A stretch of DNA of 64,000 nucleotides from Octopus vulgaris (taxonomy: Eukaryota): the NCBI GenBank assembly GCA_951406725.2, contig OX597835.1, positions 45,632,001 through 45,696,000 on the forward strand. Reading direction: 5' to 3'. This document shows positions 43,707 through 56,719 of the stretch, in pieces. The first letter of the stretch is position 1. Every line of letters starts with the position of its first letter. The notes beneath the pieces are model-generated. The model was not told the origin of the DNA. It ran no database searches and saw only the letters and a program-made list of their open reading frames with translations. The position numbers and the translations under genes were made by a program.

Positions 43707-46235
43707 TATATGTGTGTGTGTATGTGTAAATATACACGCAAACGCACATACACACTACACACATACACACAGGCACTTTCCTTAAGGAAATATGAAAGAA
43801 AAGTGAAACGTCTTGTGCACACATGAAAATAAATATTCATTTATAGGAGCGAAGACTGCTCAAAATGTATAAAGATAAATGAAACACATTTCATATTGTA
43901 ATATTGTAACTAGCAATGCCCTCCGGTAGGTGGCATTCATCACATTTCTATTTCAAATACTACTCACGTCTCATTAACTATTCATGAAAAAATCTTACAT
44001 ATACAAAATTTCAGTACCACTAGTTTTCGTTTTTCTTTTCTTCATTTTCCTTCGTCTTTTTTTTTGTCTTTTCTTTCTTTTTCAGGTTTTCTTATTCTTT
44101 TCTTTTTCCATCTCTCGTTTTCAATTCACCCATGTACCGTATGTTTGTTTCGTAATATAAAGCATGTAAAGATAATTTCTGTTATCATCTTTGATAATAT
44201 ATAAATTACTTACGTGTCTACATTAAAACAAACAATTAAATTTATATCCTACTTTTCGTTTCCTCTTTTATTGTAATATAAATTGTATGCTTTCTCAAAT
44301 GATACGTTAACGGGCTTTTTTATGAGTACCACCGTATCAATTGCATCCACATATTTTGACTTAATTTTACCCATATTTATATATATAAAGAATTAAAGGT
44401 AGACTTACCTTGTATTCAATGTTTCGGGGTTATGGCACCATTTTCTTGAAAATATACTCTATACGATGCTTCGTAGTAATTATTCCTTATGTAATTCCTG
44501 ATGAGGAATTTAATTTGTATTTCATGAAGAGATTTTCGTCTTTGTCTTTGGAATTCATTAGACTCCAAAACAATTTATAGAATTATATTGGTTCTGTACC
44601 AAATTGGACTTGAATTGAATTGGAATAAAATTCTTCTGCACTTACACTTCTCATACTCCTTTTACTGTTTTTGCAAGTACAGAATGTTGACACCCCTTTC
44701 AAGGATTTCCGTCTTCATCTCTTTATATTCCTCATCAGGAATTACATAAGGAATTACATATTGGTATGAATGATTTCGACCAACAAAAGTATACGAAGAC
44801 CTTTCGTAGCCCACACGTGAACAAATAAATGAGAGATGACAAGAAGCTGGATAGTGATAGCCATGACTGAGAGGGTTAGGGGATAGTAATGACAGTTTGA
44901 GAAAGAAGAACGCGGAATATCTTCTGTTCTCAACATATGAATGAGAAATGAAAGGGCGAATAAAATAAAAGACAGCCATTCAACTCTGTGTGACTATGTG
45001 TGTATACGTGTGTATATGGAAAAGGAAGGTCTGTGAATGTGTGTGTATTTGTGTACGCGTCTGTGTGTGTGAGTGTGAGTGTGCGTAATGGAAACGTTTC
45101 CATTAAGCACGCATGGAAACGTACAACCCTGGAGATAAAAACTGAGGTCATTCCAATTTTCTTTGTGTATGTGTGTGATTGGGAAATATTTGAATGCTTG
45201 TATCTGTGAGTGTTCTGAACTTCATTTGGTATTTTGTTTAAATAATTAGCCATCAATTATAAAGGGCACGTGACCAGCTAATAAATAACTATAGACATAA
45301 CAAAACTGTAATATGATAATTAAATGAATTAAATGTAAAAATCCACCGTCTCACAAACACAAATGGACCAAAATTAAAATTCTCACAATATCTTAAAAAT
45401 TAAATTTAAAAAATCTAGATGAACCAACTAGAGTAGTACAAAAACCAAAGTGTGGAACCGAAATCACCAAACTCTCGAAGACCACTAAATCATCTAATGA
45501 AACTCCTATGATAGACAACCTTATTAAAAAATTTTAAACTCACATTTATTCTTATCAACACAGAAAAAATGCCTTTTAGATTTAATGTTTAAAAGCCTTC
45601 TACTAGAAGATAGAATCAAAACATAATTTCTCAGAACAAAGAGAGCGGAACCTATAACCAATCCTATAAACCGGGGCCATCTCTAAAATGGTCCATTCAA
45701 TTTAGTACGTTTTATTATCTTTAAGATTCCGGGTGAAACTAATAAAATTCATAGAAGAGGCCCTATTTCTAATCCTAAAGAAATGGTAATGAATCGAAAC
45801 CCTTTTCTTAATATAATCAGGTGAAAAACCTATATAGAAGTATGCATTACATTCAGAAATAATTTTAGATTCATTGATACTCTCTCCATCTACACCCAAC
45901 TCACACCAGCCCACACACACTACACGCCCACACATCGACACATTACAGACGCACACACTTATGCACACACCCACACGTCAAAGTCACGAGCTCCTATCCA
46001 CACACACAAAAACACACACACACATGCACATTCACATTCTTACATATGCACACACGCACGAGCACCTTCTTTTTGGGATTACCAAACATTATCTCCCATC
46101 CTTTCTACCTCTCTTCTCAAAGCGCATTTCCCAACCAGCCGCCATGCTAGATCGCTAAATCCATGAGCGTTTTTTTTAATTCTCTCTCTGAAGTGTCTAG
46201 GCTCGAAACGTCTTTTGTTTTTCTATAAATTTCAG

Positions 46236-46299
<64 letters not shown>

Positions 46300-46534
46300 G
46301 GAGAATTCACAAAAAAATATAAAGGAAGACAGGTGGTGTAGACAACAAACTGATGTATTAGTTTAACGCTCGGGAAGTGAAAACGTCTTTAACTTTTCGA
46401 ACTTACGCTCTCCCACAGAAAGGAACACAGAAAGAAAAAAAAGGACAAAGAGAGAAAATAAACAATGTGTAGTGGCTAGCGATCTATCACTTAAATATGT
46501 GTATATGTATGTATATATATATATATGCACATAT

Positions 46535-46745
46535 TTGTGTGTCTGTGTTTGTCAACCGTCGCTTGACAACCGGTGTTAGTATACTTACGCACTATTCACT
46601 TCACGGTTCGGTGAAAGTAACCGATAGAATAAGTACTATGCTTACAAAAAATATGTCCGATTGGCAATTCGTCTGACTAAAGGCGTTACTCCCGAATAGT
46701 CTCCGTCAAATGACTGAAACAACTAAACGACTAAAAAGAAAGAAT
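46535..46745 (+). mobile_element. SINE family A, 3' half
   Basis: gcttgacaaccggtgttag...ccgatagaataagtacta...caaatgactgaaacaac. Confidence 0.75.
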
Positions 46746-47285
46746 AAAGGAATATATGTATGTATATACATATACAAACATATCTATATATATATGTATA
46801 TATATTCACACACATACACACATAAACACACACACACAAACACGTATATATATGTTCATGCTCATGCGCGTGGGTATAAATAGGACTTGCACGTATGGAA
46901 CGTCGTAGAAAAGCATAACCACAAGACCTAGAATTTGTTTATGTCTACGTGTATGGGCGTTATGACCAACATGAGTAAACTTTAACTAATTAAAACACTT
47001 TGTTTTTCAGAAGCCGTATCTACGCAGCAACCGAGGTCCTTGGAGATTTTATTGAATAACCTATTGGTATGTGATGTGTAGATACGAATATGTGTACCTC
47101 ACTCGATAAAACTATAATGATTTATCCAATAAATATGTTTGTTGTCTTTCAATTAAAATTTTGTTCCCAAATAGCTGACGGGCGCGCCATGAATATAACT
47201 GTAAATGTGTATGTGCGTGTTTGTGCGTGCGAGTTTGTGTATAAGTGATTGTGTGTATGTGTAATATATATATATATTATGAATA

Positions 47286-47345
<60 letters not shown>

Positions 47346-47361
47346 ATACATACATACGTAC

Positions 47362-47422
<61 letters not shown>

Positions 47423-47772
47423 TGTATATATATATACATATATATATGTATATATACGTACATGTATATATATACATATATATATGTATATATATATATA
47501 TATATATACATATATATACGTACATGTATATATATACATATATATATGTATATATATACATATATATACGTACATGTATATATATACATATATATATGTA
47601 TATATATACATATATATACGTACATGTATATATATATACATATATATATGTATATATATACATATATATACGTACATGTATATATATACATATATATACG
47701 TACATGTATATATATACATATATATACGTACATGTATATATATACATATATATATGTATATATATACATATA

Positions 47773-47816
<44 letters not shown>

Positions 47817-48842
47817 TATATATGTGTGTGTATATATAGTACATATAACGACATACATTTAGATGTATACATATGTACGTGTTTCTGTGTGTGTGCAAGT
47901 GTGTTCTTGTGTGTGTCACTTTATAGGAATTGGTCTACAGGGCTGTTTACGTCAGTACGTATTCTACATCGGTTTGTGTGTTTCTGTATTGCGATTAACG
48001 CTTTTGTTTTCAATACACTTCTTACAGTCTGACCGCTTATAACTGGCATTTATTTCAAAGGCTAAATTCTAAACGATGGACAAAAAAAAATGCATGACAC
48101 AGAGAACAAAGACAAATAGTTGTTTTCTTAAAAAAAAAACATACAACTTCTAAACGGATTGTTTTACATATTTCCAGTTCATTGTTAATAAAAAGATCAG
48201 ACTTGAAATGAACTCTTTTGAATTAAAATGTACTTAAATATATTAAAAATAAACACACACACCAAAACCATCGAGTGAGCGCTGCAATAAAGGAACTACC
48301 ACATTAGTTATCTTAAAATAGTTGTGCGACTTTAAAATGGAGGAAAAGTAAAATATCCAGCGAACGGGACAATATCAAAGATATAGACTTCACTGATTTA
48401 CATGATTTTGTGTTCCTTCTTTGTTTTTGTTAAAACACTTATGACAATATATCCGTTAAGACTCCATAATGGTCTAAATGCTATTTATTGTCGATTGACG
48501 TAGATTGCATTTTAATGGCATTTTATTCTCTTACACGCAAACACACACACACACACAGATATTCACGCACATAGACAGGCACAAACATACACGCACAAAC
48601 ATACACGCACACATACGCACATATACAAACGCTTGACACTCACAACCAGAAAGTCACATACACAGACACACACAGACACACACATATATATATGTTATAT
48701 ACACATGCATGTATAAATATGTGTCTGTGTATATAATATACCTGTACATATATATAAATATAAAGATAAATATAGATATAAAAACATACGCATGCACACA
48801 CACACGCAATATATATATATATATATACATACATATATACAC

Positions 48843-48963
<121 letters not shown>

Positions 48964-49299
48964 CACGTACGTAGGTATGTATATATTTAATTTGTATAGT
49001 GGGTGCGGCTGTGAATGTGTGCGTTCGTTTACTTTATCAAATAACATCTATTTAAAGCCACGGAAAATAGTTGAAAGCCTAACGTTCTGATATCAGATAT
49101 TTTAATCTTGTATGTTAAGTTCCAAATATATTCTCTTTGTTGAAATATCGTAGGAGAAGAAAATAATAACTTTTACCATTTATTTTCAGAAGAGTGAAAG
49201 AAAAAGAAAAAAAATTTCTTTTATTATTTCATAAACATTCACGTAAATGCAGATTTAGCGGGGAATTTGTGCATGCCTTTTTTGTTGTGATTAATGTAG

Positions 49300-49541
49300 T
49301 TGTTGTTGTTGTTTTTGTTGTTGTTTTTTTTTCTTCTTCTTCTTCTTCTTCTTCTTCTTCTTCTTCTTCTTCTTCTTCTTCTTCCTTTTCTTTTTCTTTT
49401 TCTTTTTCTTCTTCTTCTTCTTCTTCTTCTTCTTCTTCTACTACTACTACTACTTCTACTACTACCACCACCACCACAACCACCACCACCACTACCACAA
49501 CCACCACCACCGCCATCACCACCACCACCACCACCACCACC

Positions 49542-49609
<68 letters not shown>

Positions 49610-49620
49610 TACTACTACTA
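49300..49620. repeat. Compound trinucleotide array (GTT)(CTT)(CTA)(CCA)(CTA)
   Basis: Direct reading. Confidence 0.95.
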
Positions 49621-49842
49621 CCCTTTTCCTTTTCCCTTCTGCCTGTGCTATTAATCCTTCTTTGACCCATATTATTCTCAGAACCGGTCAGTGACGAACT
49701 CTCTTAAGATTTCTCTTTAATCATCAGTGTATTGTGTCATATTGTACTGCCTTTCAAAAGGAGAACTGAAGCCTTGAATCCTTGCTGGTCAGCCGACAAC
49801 GTAGACCATTCATTGAATATCGACATAGTAATAAAATAATTG

Positions 49843-50087
49843 CGCCCTTTTAAATCCTAGCCAGGCTCATGGGCCCCGTTTCCCGGTTTCTAAGGCGTAG
49901 GTGTTACCCAGCTGGACGGGACGCCAGTCCATCGCAGCGTTACTCATTTTTGCCGGCTGAATGGACTGGAGCATCGTGAAATGAAGCGCTTTGCTGAAGA
50001 ACACAACGCGTCGCCTGGCCCAGGAATCGAAATCACAATATTAGGACCATGGTGTTGACACCTTAACCATTAAGCCACGCGCCTCCA
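49843..50087 (-). mobile_element. tRNA-derived SINE family C (CORE-like centre), full length
   Basis: Minus strand ggaggcgcgtggcttaatggttaagg (A box), gatttcgattcc (B box), gttgtgttcttcagcaaagcgcttcatttcacg..., ctgcgatggactggcgtcccgtccag. Confidence 0.85.
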
Positions 50088-50164
50088 CTTTCACAGTAAT
50101 AATAAGACAATTTTAAGGGTACATCTGCGTACAGTGATAGCCATTATACCTGTTGATTGGTTAA

Positions 50165-50380
50165 AGCGGTGAGCTTACAGAAACCTTAGCACGCCAGGCG
50201 AAATGCTTAGCAGTATTTTGCCAGTCGATTCGTTCTGTGTTCAAATTCGGCTGATGTCGGCTTTGCCTTTCATCCTTTCGACGTGGATAAATTAAGTACC
50301 AGTTGCATACTGAGGTCGATGTAATCGACTTAATCTCCTCCCCCAAATTTGAGGCTTTGTCCTTCCAGTAGAAAGGATTA
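50165..50380 (+). mobile_element. SINE family B, full length
   Basis: gcggtgagcttacagaaaccttagcacgccaggcgaaatgcttagc...gcctttcatcctttcg...aattaagtaccag. Confidence 0.9.
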
Positions 50381-50447
50381 TACGTGTTTATTGCTTGGTT
50401 GGTTGGTTGGATTCCATTGGTTCAAGTTACATCGTACAGTGTGGTGG

Positions 50448-50500
<53 letters not shown>

Positions 50501-50654
50501 TAGATGATAGATATAGAGGCAGTGAAAAATAAAAGATGCAGCAAGAGTGTAGATGATAGGTTTGGGTGCAAGCGATGATTAAAGAAAGGCATCATAGAAT
50601 ACGTGAGGTAGAATTAGAGACACAGAGAAGAAGGAGCATATTACAGGGTAGATA

Positions 50655-50862
50655 ACGGTGGTGAGCTGGCAGAAACATTAGTACGCCGGGTTTAGTGGCC
50701 TTTAGCCCATCTTAACACTCTGAATACAAATTCCAATGAGGTTGACTTTGCCTTTCATCTTTTTGGATTCGATAAAATAAGTTCCAGTCGTGCACTGGGG
50801 TTGATGCGATCACCTTTCCCCTTTTCACGAAATTGCTGGCCTTGTAACAAAATTTGAAAACA
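50655..50862 (+). mobile_element. SINE family B
   Basis: ggtggtgagctggcagaaacattagtacgccggg...gactttgcctttcatc...aaattgctggccttg. Confidence 0.8.
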
Positions 50863-52029
50863 TTTAACAGGGTAGGTATAGAAGAAGTGTACAAGTATGT
50901 CATTTAATCTACTTAATTGTATTCTAGCGTAATAAATAATTTTGATAAAATTTGATAAAATTTAAATTATAATTATTGCATTTTGGCACAATTTCCTGGT
51001 ATTACCAATGAGGCAACGTTTCCCTTCCAATGCTATTCTTCATATGACAGGAAACACGCCAACATTACTGAGCTAAACGTCCTATTCAACAAGTAAATTG
51101 TGATAAACTGCAAAACTTCGTTCGTGGATAAGATTTTTGTGCTGCTACTCTATTTGCTGTTGCTGGAAGGCATCTCTCTATATTAGCATTGTTTGTGTAA
51201 ATTTACGATCAAACTCATTCAACAGTAACTGTTTTATCTTCATTATTTGAGTGGTGTCTATAAATACAGTCAAGAACGTGTAATTTCAGTTTTAATGTTA
51301 ATAGAAGTTGCATGAATGTGAAGTAGATGCTATGCTTATCAATCTGATCGACTTCCTGAAGGCTCTTTAAACGTCGGTTTATACAAGTATCTGAAGTTGA
51401 TTGAAGAGACTCTCATTCTTGCATGTATGGTGTTTTAAAATATAGATGCTATTTTAGGCTCAAGGCCAGCAATTTTTAAAGGAGTTGTAGGTCGAAATCA
51501 TTGACCCTTGTACATAACTGTTACTTCATTTTATTAACCTGGAGATCATGAAAAGCAAGTCTCCCTCCAACAGTATTACAATACTCAACGTCAAATGGCC
51601 GTGTGCCAAGATTTGAAAGAATATATAAAAGAATAATGTGTGTATTTACCAAGTTGTTGGTCATATATCGGCACCAAGAGAGCTGGTATTTTACGTCACT
51701 CTTTTGCACCAAACTAGCTGATATTTTGTAAGTAGGAACGTCACTTTTATAGAGAATGATTTTGAAATCTGCAGCGTTTATTGATAATCTAAAGGAAAGT
51801 GGATAAATAAATGGCCAGATACAGCTGCTTGTTGTATTTATATTCGAGGGTGGTTAATATAAATATAATCACAACCACCAAATTTAAATATCCAATGAAA
51901 TTAGTGGACGAAACTAACACTGTATTCTCTAATGGGCATAGATTTGTGGAACGGGAGAAGAATGGCAGGTATGCGCATGCGAATCGCTTGTCATTCTTGA
52001 TCTAAGTGATATGTGTGTGTGTATGTGTT

Positions 52030-52079
<50 letters not shown>

Positions 52080-52243
52080 TACATACATACATATATACAT
52101 ACATACATAGATATACTTATATATAGATATATATACACACATATACATATATATATATATATACATAAATCTATATACATATCTTTGTATCTCTCCACCC
52201 TCTCTCTCTCTCTCTCTCTCTCTCTTAATATATACATATATGC

Positions 52244-52435
52244 ATTGACAGGTGTATCTCTACTGCTACTCATTTACACATACACACACACACTCACAAA
52301 ATGAAGATAGGTGTAGATATACAAAGATAGTGATGTTCCTACACCTGTCTTCATCTTTGTTTATATATAAATTTGAACTATACGTGTGTGTGTGTGTGTG
52401 TGTAAATGAGTAGCAGTAGAGATACACCTATCAAT
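52244..52435. repeat. Nested inverted repeat
   Basis: Outer arms attgacaggtgtatctctactgctactcattta(ca)n / (tg)ntaaatgagtagcagtagagatacacctatcaat; inner arms atgaagataggtgtag (52301-52316) / ctacacctgtcttcat (52339-52354). Confidence 0.9.
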
Positions 52436-52776
52436 CCATTACGCCCGTTTCTTACGACTCCTTTAATTGATTAATGAAAGCATCACACCATTATAAGGAA
52501 ATCGTTTTGGTCAGACGAATTCATGAAATTCGAAACAAAAAACATTGAAAATGATTTAACATTTCGTGGATAAAATCAAGTTTAAAATTCACGGAGCAAA
52601 ACATTTACAATGATACTGCCACAGTGATTTCAGTTGACAAGTGCCTCATTTTGTGTTCCTAATTTAACTGAAAGTTGTCTGTCTTTTTATTTCATCGATT
52701 TTTCCAGTCAGTTTTCGCATCGTCTATCTGTACGGATATTTCATTGTCCTTAGTTACGTTCTTGCTCCATTTTTAG

Positions 52777-52778
<2 letters not shown>

Positions 52779-52869
<91 letters not shown>

Positions 52870-52870
52870 C

Positions 52871-52947
<77 letters not shown>
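52779..52947. repeat. (ATCT)n array
   Basis: Direct reading; abuts the Helitron 5' end. Confidence 0.97.
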
Positions 52948-52949
52948 AA

Positions 52950-54018
52950 TCTATATCGTTTTATATATATAAACAAAGGATGTTTGTGTGTGTGTAATAC
53001 GTATGCATTTCTACAGTTTTCAACCGATTTTCTCCAAACTTTACACGTGCACTATATCATTTTGCCCAGAGCTCCAGCGTAATGCACTACGTTTATTGAA
53101 ATACACTATTTACATTTCTTCCTCTATTGAAAACCGTTGTGTAATATTTCTTTACTTTTCTTCTTTCACTATTGTGTGTTTTTGCGTGTTCGATGTGTAC
53201 GAGATTGTAAAGGACATTTCAATCCACGACGACAACGTCACATATATGCGTGTGTATGTGTCTCTGAGTGTATGTGTGTGGGTGTATGTGTGTGTAAGTC
53301 TCCCTGATTCTGTGTGTTTCCGCGGTAGGTACGCAATTAAACATACACACACATCTACACATACATATACACATGTGACAACTGACATGCGTAAATTTAT
53401 GGCTATATGTGTCTCTCTTGCTATATGTATGAGTCTGTATGAGAGAATGTATGTGTGCGTATCGACACATTTTGTATATGAATGTGTATGTGTCTCTGAG
53501 CAAGTTGGTATTTGCAAGCCCGTTACCTACGTTATTAAACACGCATACATCTACACAAACTCTTAACAAAAACAATTACTTAGAAGGCCCACGGTATATG
53601 AAAATATACATCTACCTTTCCATTAACAGTTCATGATTATCGCAGCAGTTGCAAGGCTGCAAGTTATTTACAATTTGCTTATATTTGGTTACTTTACACT
53701 GCATGTAAAAATATAGACATACTACATAAATACAACTACTTACAAAAATACATATTAATGAATGTTTTTTTTTATATGTACATAACAAGTTTCTTAAAAT
53801 ATGGAAAACATGTCACAAAAGGAAAAACATAATCTTTTCAGAAAAATCCTATAAAGCAAGAAGGAGTGCAGAAAACCGAACGCGTGAGTCTCAAGAGACA
53901 AGGGACATGAAACTTTCTCAACATCAGCAAAGGCATGTTGCAGCACAACAGATGGAAACACAATATAGAAGGGACATGGCACTTTCCAAAGATCACCAAA
54001 TACAGTCAAATACAGTCT

Positions 54019-54068
<50 letters not shown>

Positions 54069-54497
54069 GGGCCGGAGAGAAGACTTTCTTAACATCAGCC
54101 ACAGCATGCTTCAGCACGTTTTGATGGAGTTCCACGGCAGAAGGGAGACGAGACTTTCTCAAGATCGGCAAAGGCATGTTGCAGCACTTAATGCTGAAAC
54201 ATTAAATCAACGTTTAGCAAGCCAGATTACACAGAGGTCGAATAGAATAGGTCTCCGTAAAAGGCCGCATACAGATTCGCTTTGCACAAAAACGGGAGCT
54301 GCTTTCAGATATGATCAATCGCTTCTTGTATAAGCAATTTTGTCCAAATTGGTGTGGTAAACTCAAATTGTCATTTATGCACAAATTTACTCCACAAAGG
54401 ATTTGCTGTCAATGCTTCAGTTTCCCGTATCGCCAGTTTCCACACTAATGTAATATATGCTGTCTTAACCCCGAGCAACGCCGGGTATCTCTGCTAG
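52950..54497 (+). mobile_element. Non-autonomous Helitron derivative carrying N-terminal Rep/Helicase remnants
   Basis: A|TC 5' end, 3' hairpin cccg-agcaacgc-cggg then CTAG|T at 54494-54498. Internal translation RETRLSQDRQRHVAA (repeated charged units), then GAAFRYD...VQIG..NSNCHLC, like Helitron N-termini. Confidence 0.75.
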
Positions 54498-55207
54498 TGT
54501 ATACATATAGCGGCGTACGTACACTTTTGCTCACCTTGTATGTTTCTAAATTTTGTAAGACAGTTTTTCGTTTTCTTTTTAGTCCCTGTCATACTTTCTT
54601 CTTTCCTTCCCTTTTTTCTCACTCCCCCTTTCTCTCACTTCTTAGCTTTTTCTTTCATTAATTCCTACCTTTCCTCCTCGTTTAGATCCCTTGTACATTC
54701 CTCTGCGCCCCTTTGATTTCCACTCCTTCTCGTTCTTCGCTAGTCCTTCAATGTTTCTGCTTTCTGCTCGTCTCCTTTCCCTCCACGTGACCGGCGGTGT
54801 TCTGCCACGCATGATCTTCCTTTCCTGTCGCTTGACTTTCATCTCCTGTTCATCTCCTTTTCCTGCCTCAAGGATTTCACTTTAAACACGCCAGCTCAAC
54901 CTCATTCGTCCCTGTTAGTCGAAAGACGCTGGTTGTCATTTCCTTGTTGTTTGTATTAGGAATTGTGTGACTTGTTCTCCGATTTTTGGCTCCTCTTCTT
55001 ACTCATTCGCTTGCTCTCTCCCCCAAAATTTAATACTCTTAGCTTTATGTATATATGTACTTATATGTACATATACGCATAAATACATATATGTATACAA
55101 TTTTAATATTTCTATTATTGAAAACAAGTGGATATATTCCACCGAAACTAGGTAAATAAAACCTTCGAACAGAGACGATCAGTGGCGACACCTGCTGGGT
55201 CGACTAC

Positions 55208-55250
55208 GCTACATTGACAAAGGGCAACTACTCTGAAACGCGTCTGTAGC
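55208..55250 (+). ncRNA. Minimal type I hammerhead ribozyme, U3-A8 variant (unit 1)
   Basis: gctaca-TTGACAA-AGGG-caacta-CTCT-GAAAC-GC-GTC-tgtagc; predicted cleavage after C55244. Confidence 0.8.
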
Positions 55251-55571
55251 TGTCTGACTAGCAGTGTGAAGCGGCTGACCTCCCTTGTTCGAAGGTTATA
55301 ATGGACACAGTTTGTGTGTCAAATAGCTATCTTAAGGCGATGGCATCATGGAGCTAATCAGCGACAGCTTTTAGTCTTATATCTATAAGACTGCCATATT
55401 AATATGGCGATAACAATTAATTTCCAGGAACGCTGCCGTAATCTCTTTTAGAGAGACTTAGTAATTTTAATATTTCTATTATTGAAAACAAGTGGATGTA
55501 TTCCACCGAAACTAGGTAAATAAAACCATCGAACAGAGACGGTCAGTGGCGTCACCTGCTGGGTCGACTAC

Positions 55572-55614
55572 GCCACATTGACAAAGGGCAAATACCCTGA
55601 AACGCGTCTGTAGC
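55572..55614 (+). ncRNA. Minimal type I hammerhead ribozyme, U3-A8 variant (unit 2)
   Basis: gccaca-TTGACAA-AGGG-caaata-CCCT-GAAAC-GC-GTC-tgtagc; predicted cleavage after C55608. Confidence 0.78.
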
Positions 55615-56131
55615 TGTCTGACTAGTAGTGTGAAGCGGCTGACCTCCCTTGTTCGAAGGTTATAATGGACACAGTTTGTGTGTCAAATAGCTATCTTAAG
55701 GCGATGGCCTCATGGAGCTAATCAGCGACAGCTTTTAGTCTTATATCTATAAGACTGCCATATTAATATGGCGATAACAATTAATTTCCAGTAACGCTGC
55801 CGTAATCTCTTTTAGAGAGATTTAGTAATTTTAATATTTTATTCTCTCTCTATATATATATATTTATATGTACGCATGTACATATATATAGTTTTATATT
55901 ATGATAGCTACAAGGACATCACAAAATAATGTCTAGCGTTCATTCCCTCACTTTCCCCATCATTCTTGATCACAGCTGAACAACGAACGAGAACGTGAAA
56001 CTCTGAGTTGCAGTAATTTCGTGTTATTTTTTATAATTTTAATCATAAAATAAAAGAATATTACTCTACCTCCTGAATTCGATCGCAACTTTTCTCCATC
56101 ATGTTTCGCCTTTATGTACTTACTCGTGTAT

Positions 56132-56189
<58 letters not shown>

Positions 56190-56244
56190 TGTGTGTGTGT
56201 GTGCGTGTGTGTGCGTGTGTGTGTATGTATATGTATAAGTTAAG

Positions 56245-56436
56245 AATGGCTGTGTGGTAACGGGAGTGGCTGTGTGATAACAGGAGTGACTCTGTGGTAA
56301 GAAGCTTGCTTCTCAAGCCCATGGCTTCGGCTTCAGCCCCTGTGCATAGCACCTTGAGCAAGTTTTACAATAGCTTAGGGCCGATTCAAAGTCTTGCGAT
56401 TGGATTTGCTAGACGGAAACTGAAAGACGCCCGTCG

Positions 56437-56467
<31 letters not shown>

Positions 56468-56670
56468 AGGTACGTATATTTATTTGCGTGTCTGTGTTTG
56501 TCACCCCACCATCGCTTGACAATTTATGTTGCCATGTTTAGGTCCCCATAAGAGACCAATAGAAGAAGTACTAGGCTTACAAAATATAATTGTTGCTGTC
56601 GATTTCTTCGACTTAAGGTGGGGCTCCAGTTTGGCCACACTCAATTGACTAAAACAATTAAAAGAGTAAA
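56245..56670 (+). mobile_element. SINE family A with triplicated 21-bp 5' end
   Basis: tggctgtgtggtaa-like motif three times; agacggaaactgaaagacgcccgtcg; aagtactaggcttac. Confidence 0.8.
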
Positions 56671-56719
56671 TGAATAAAATAAAATATATATTTTCATTCC
56701 TCTTTTAGATGATCTGTCA

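Larger units (their letters stand above)
55099..55838 (+). mobile_element. Head-to-tail dimer of a 364-bp hammerhead-containing unit (retrozyme-like)
   Basis: aattttaatatt at 55099, 55463 and 55827; homologous to 41811-42492; no ORF. Confidence 0.9.

Noticed and set aside
49194-49694. Ser/Thr-rich mucin-like or poly-Pro ORFs
   Set aside because: Compound trinucleotide microsatellite.
49843-50380. tRNA genes suggested by A/B boxes
   Set aside because: SINE heads; no complete cloverleaf, and followed by SINE bodies.
55099-55838. CRISPR-like array or LTR pair
   Set aside because: No spacers or cas genes; no TG...CA ends, PBS or internal region; units are directly adjacent.
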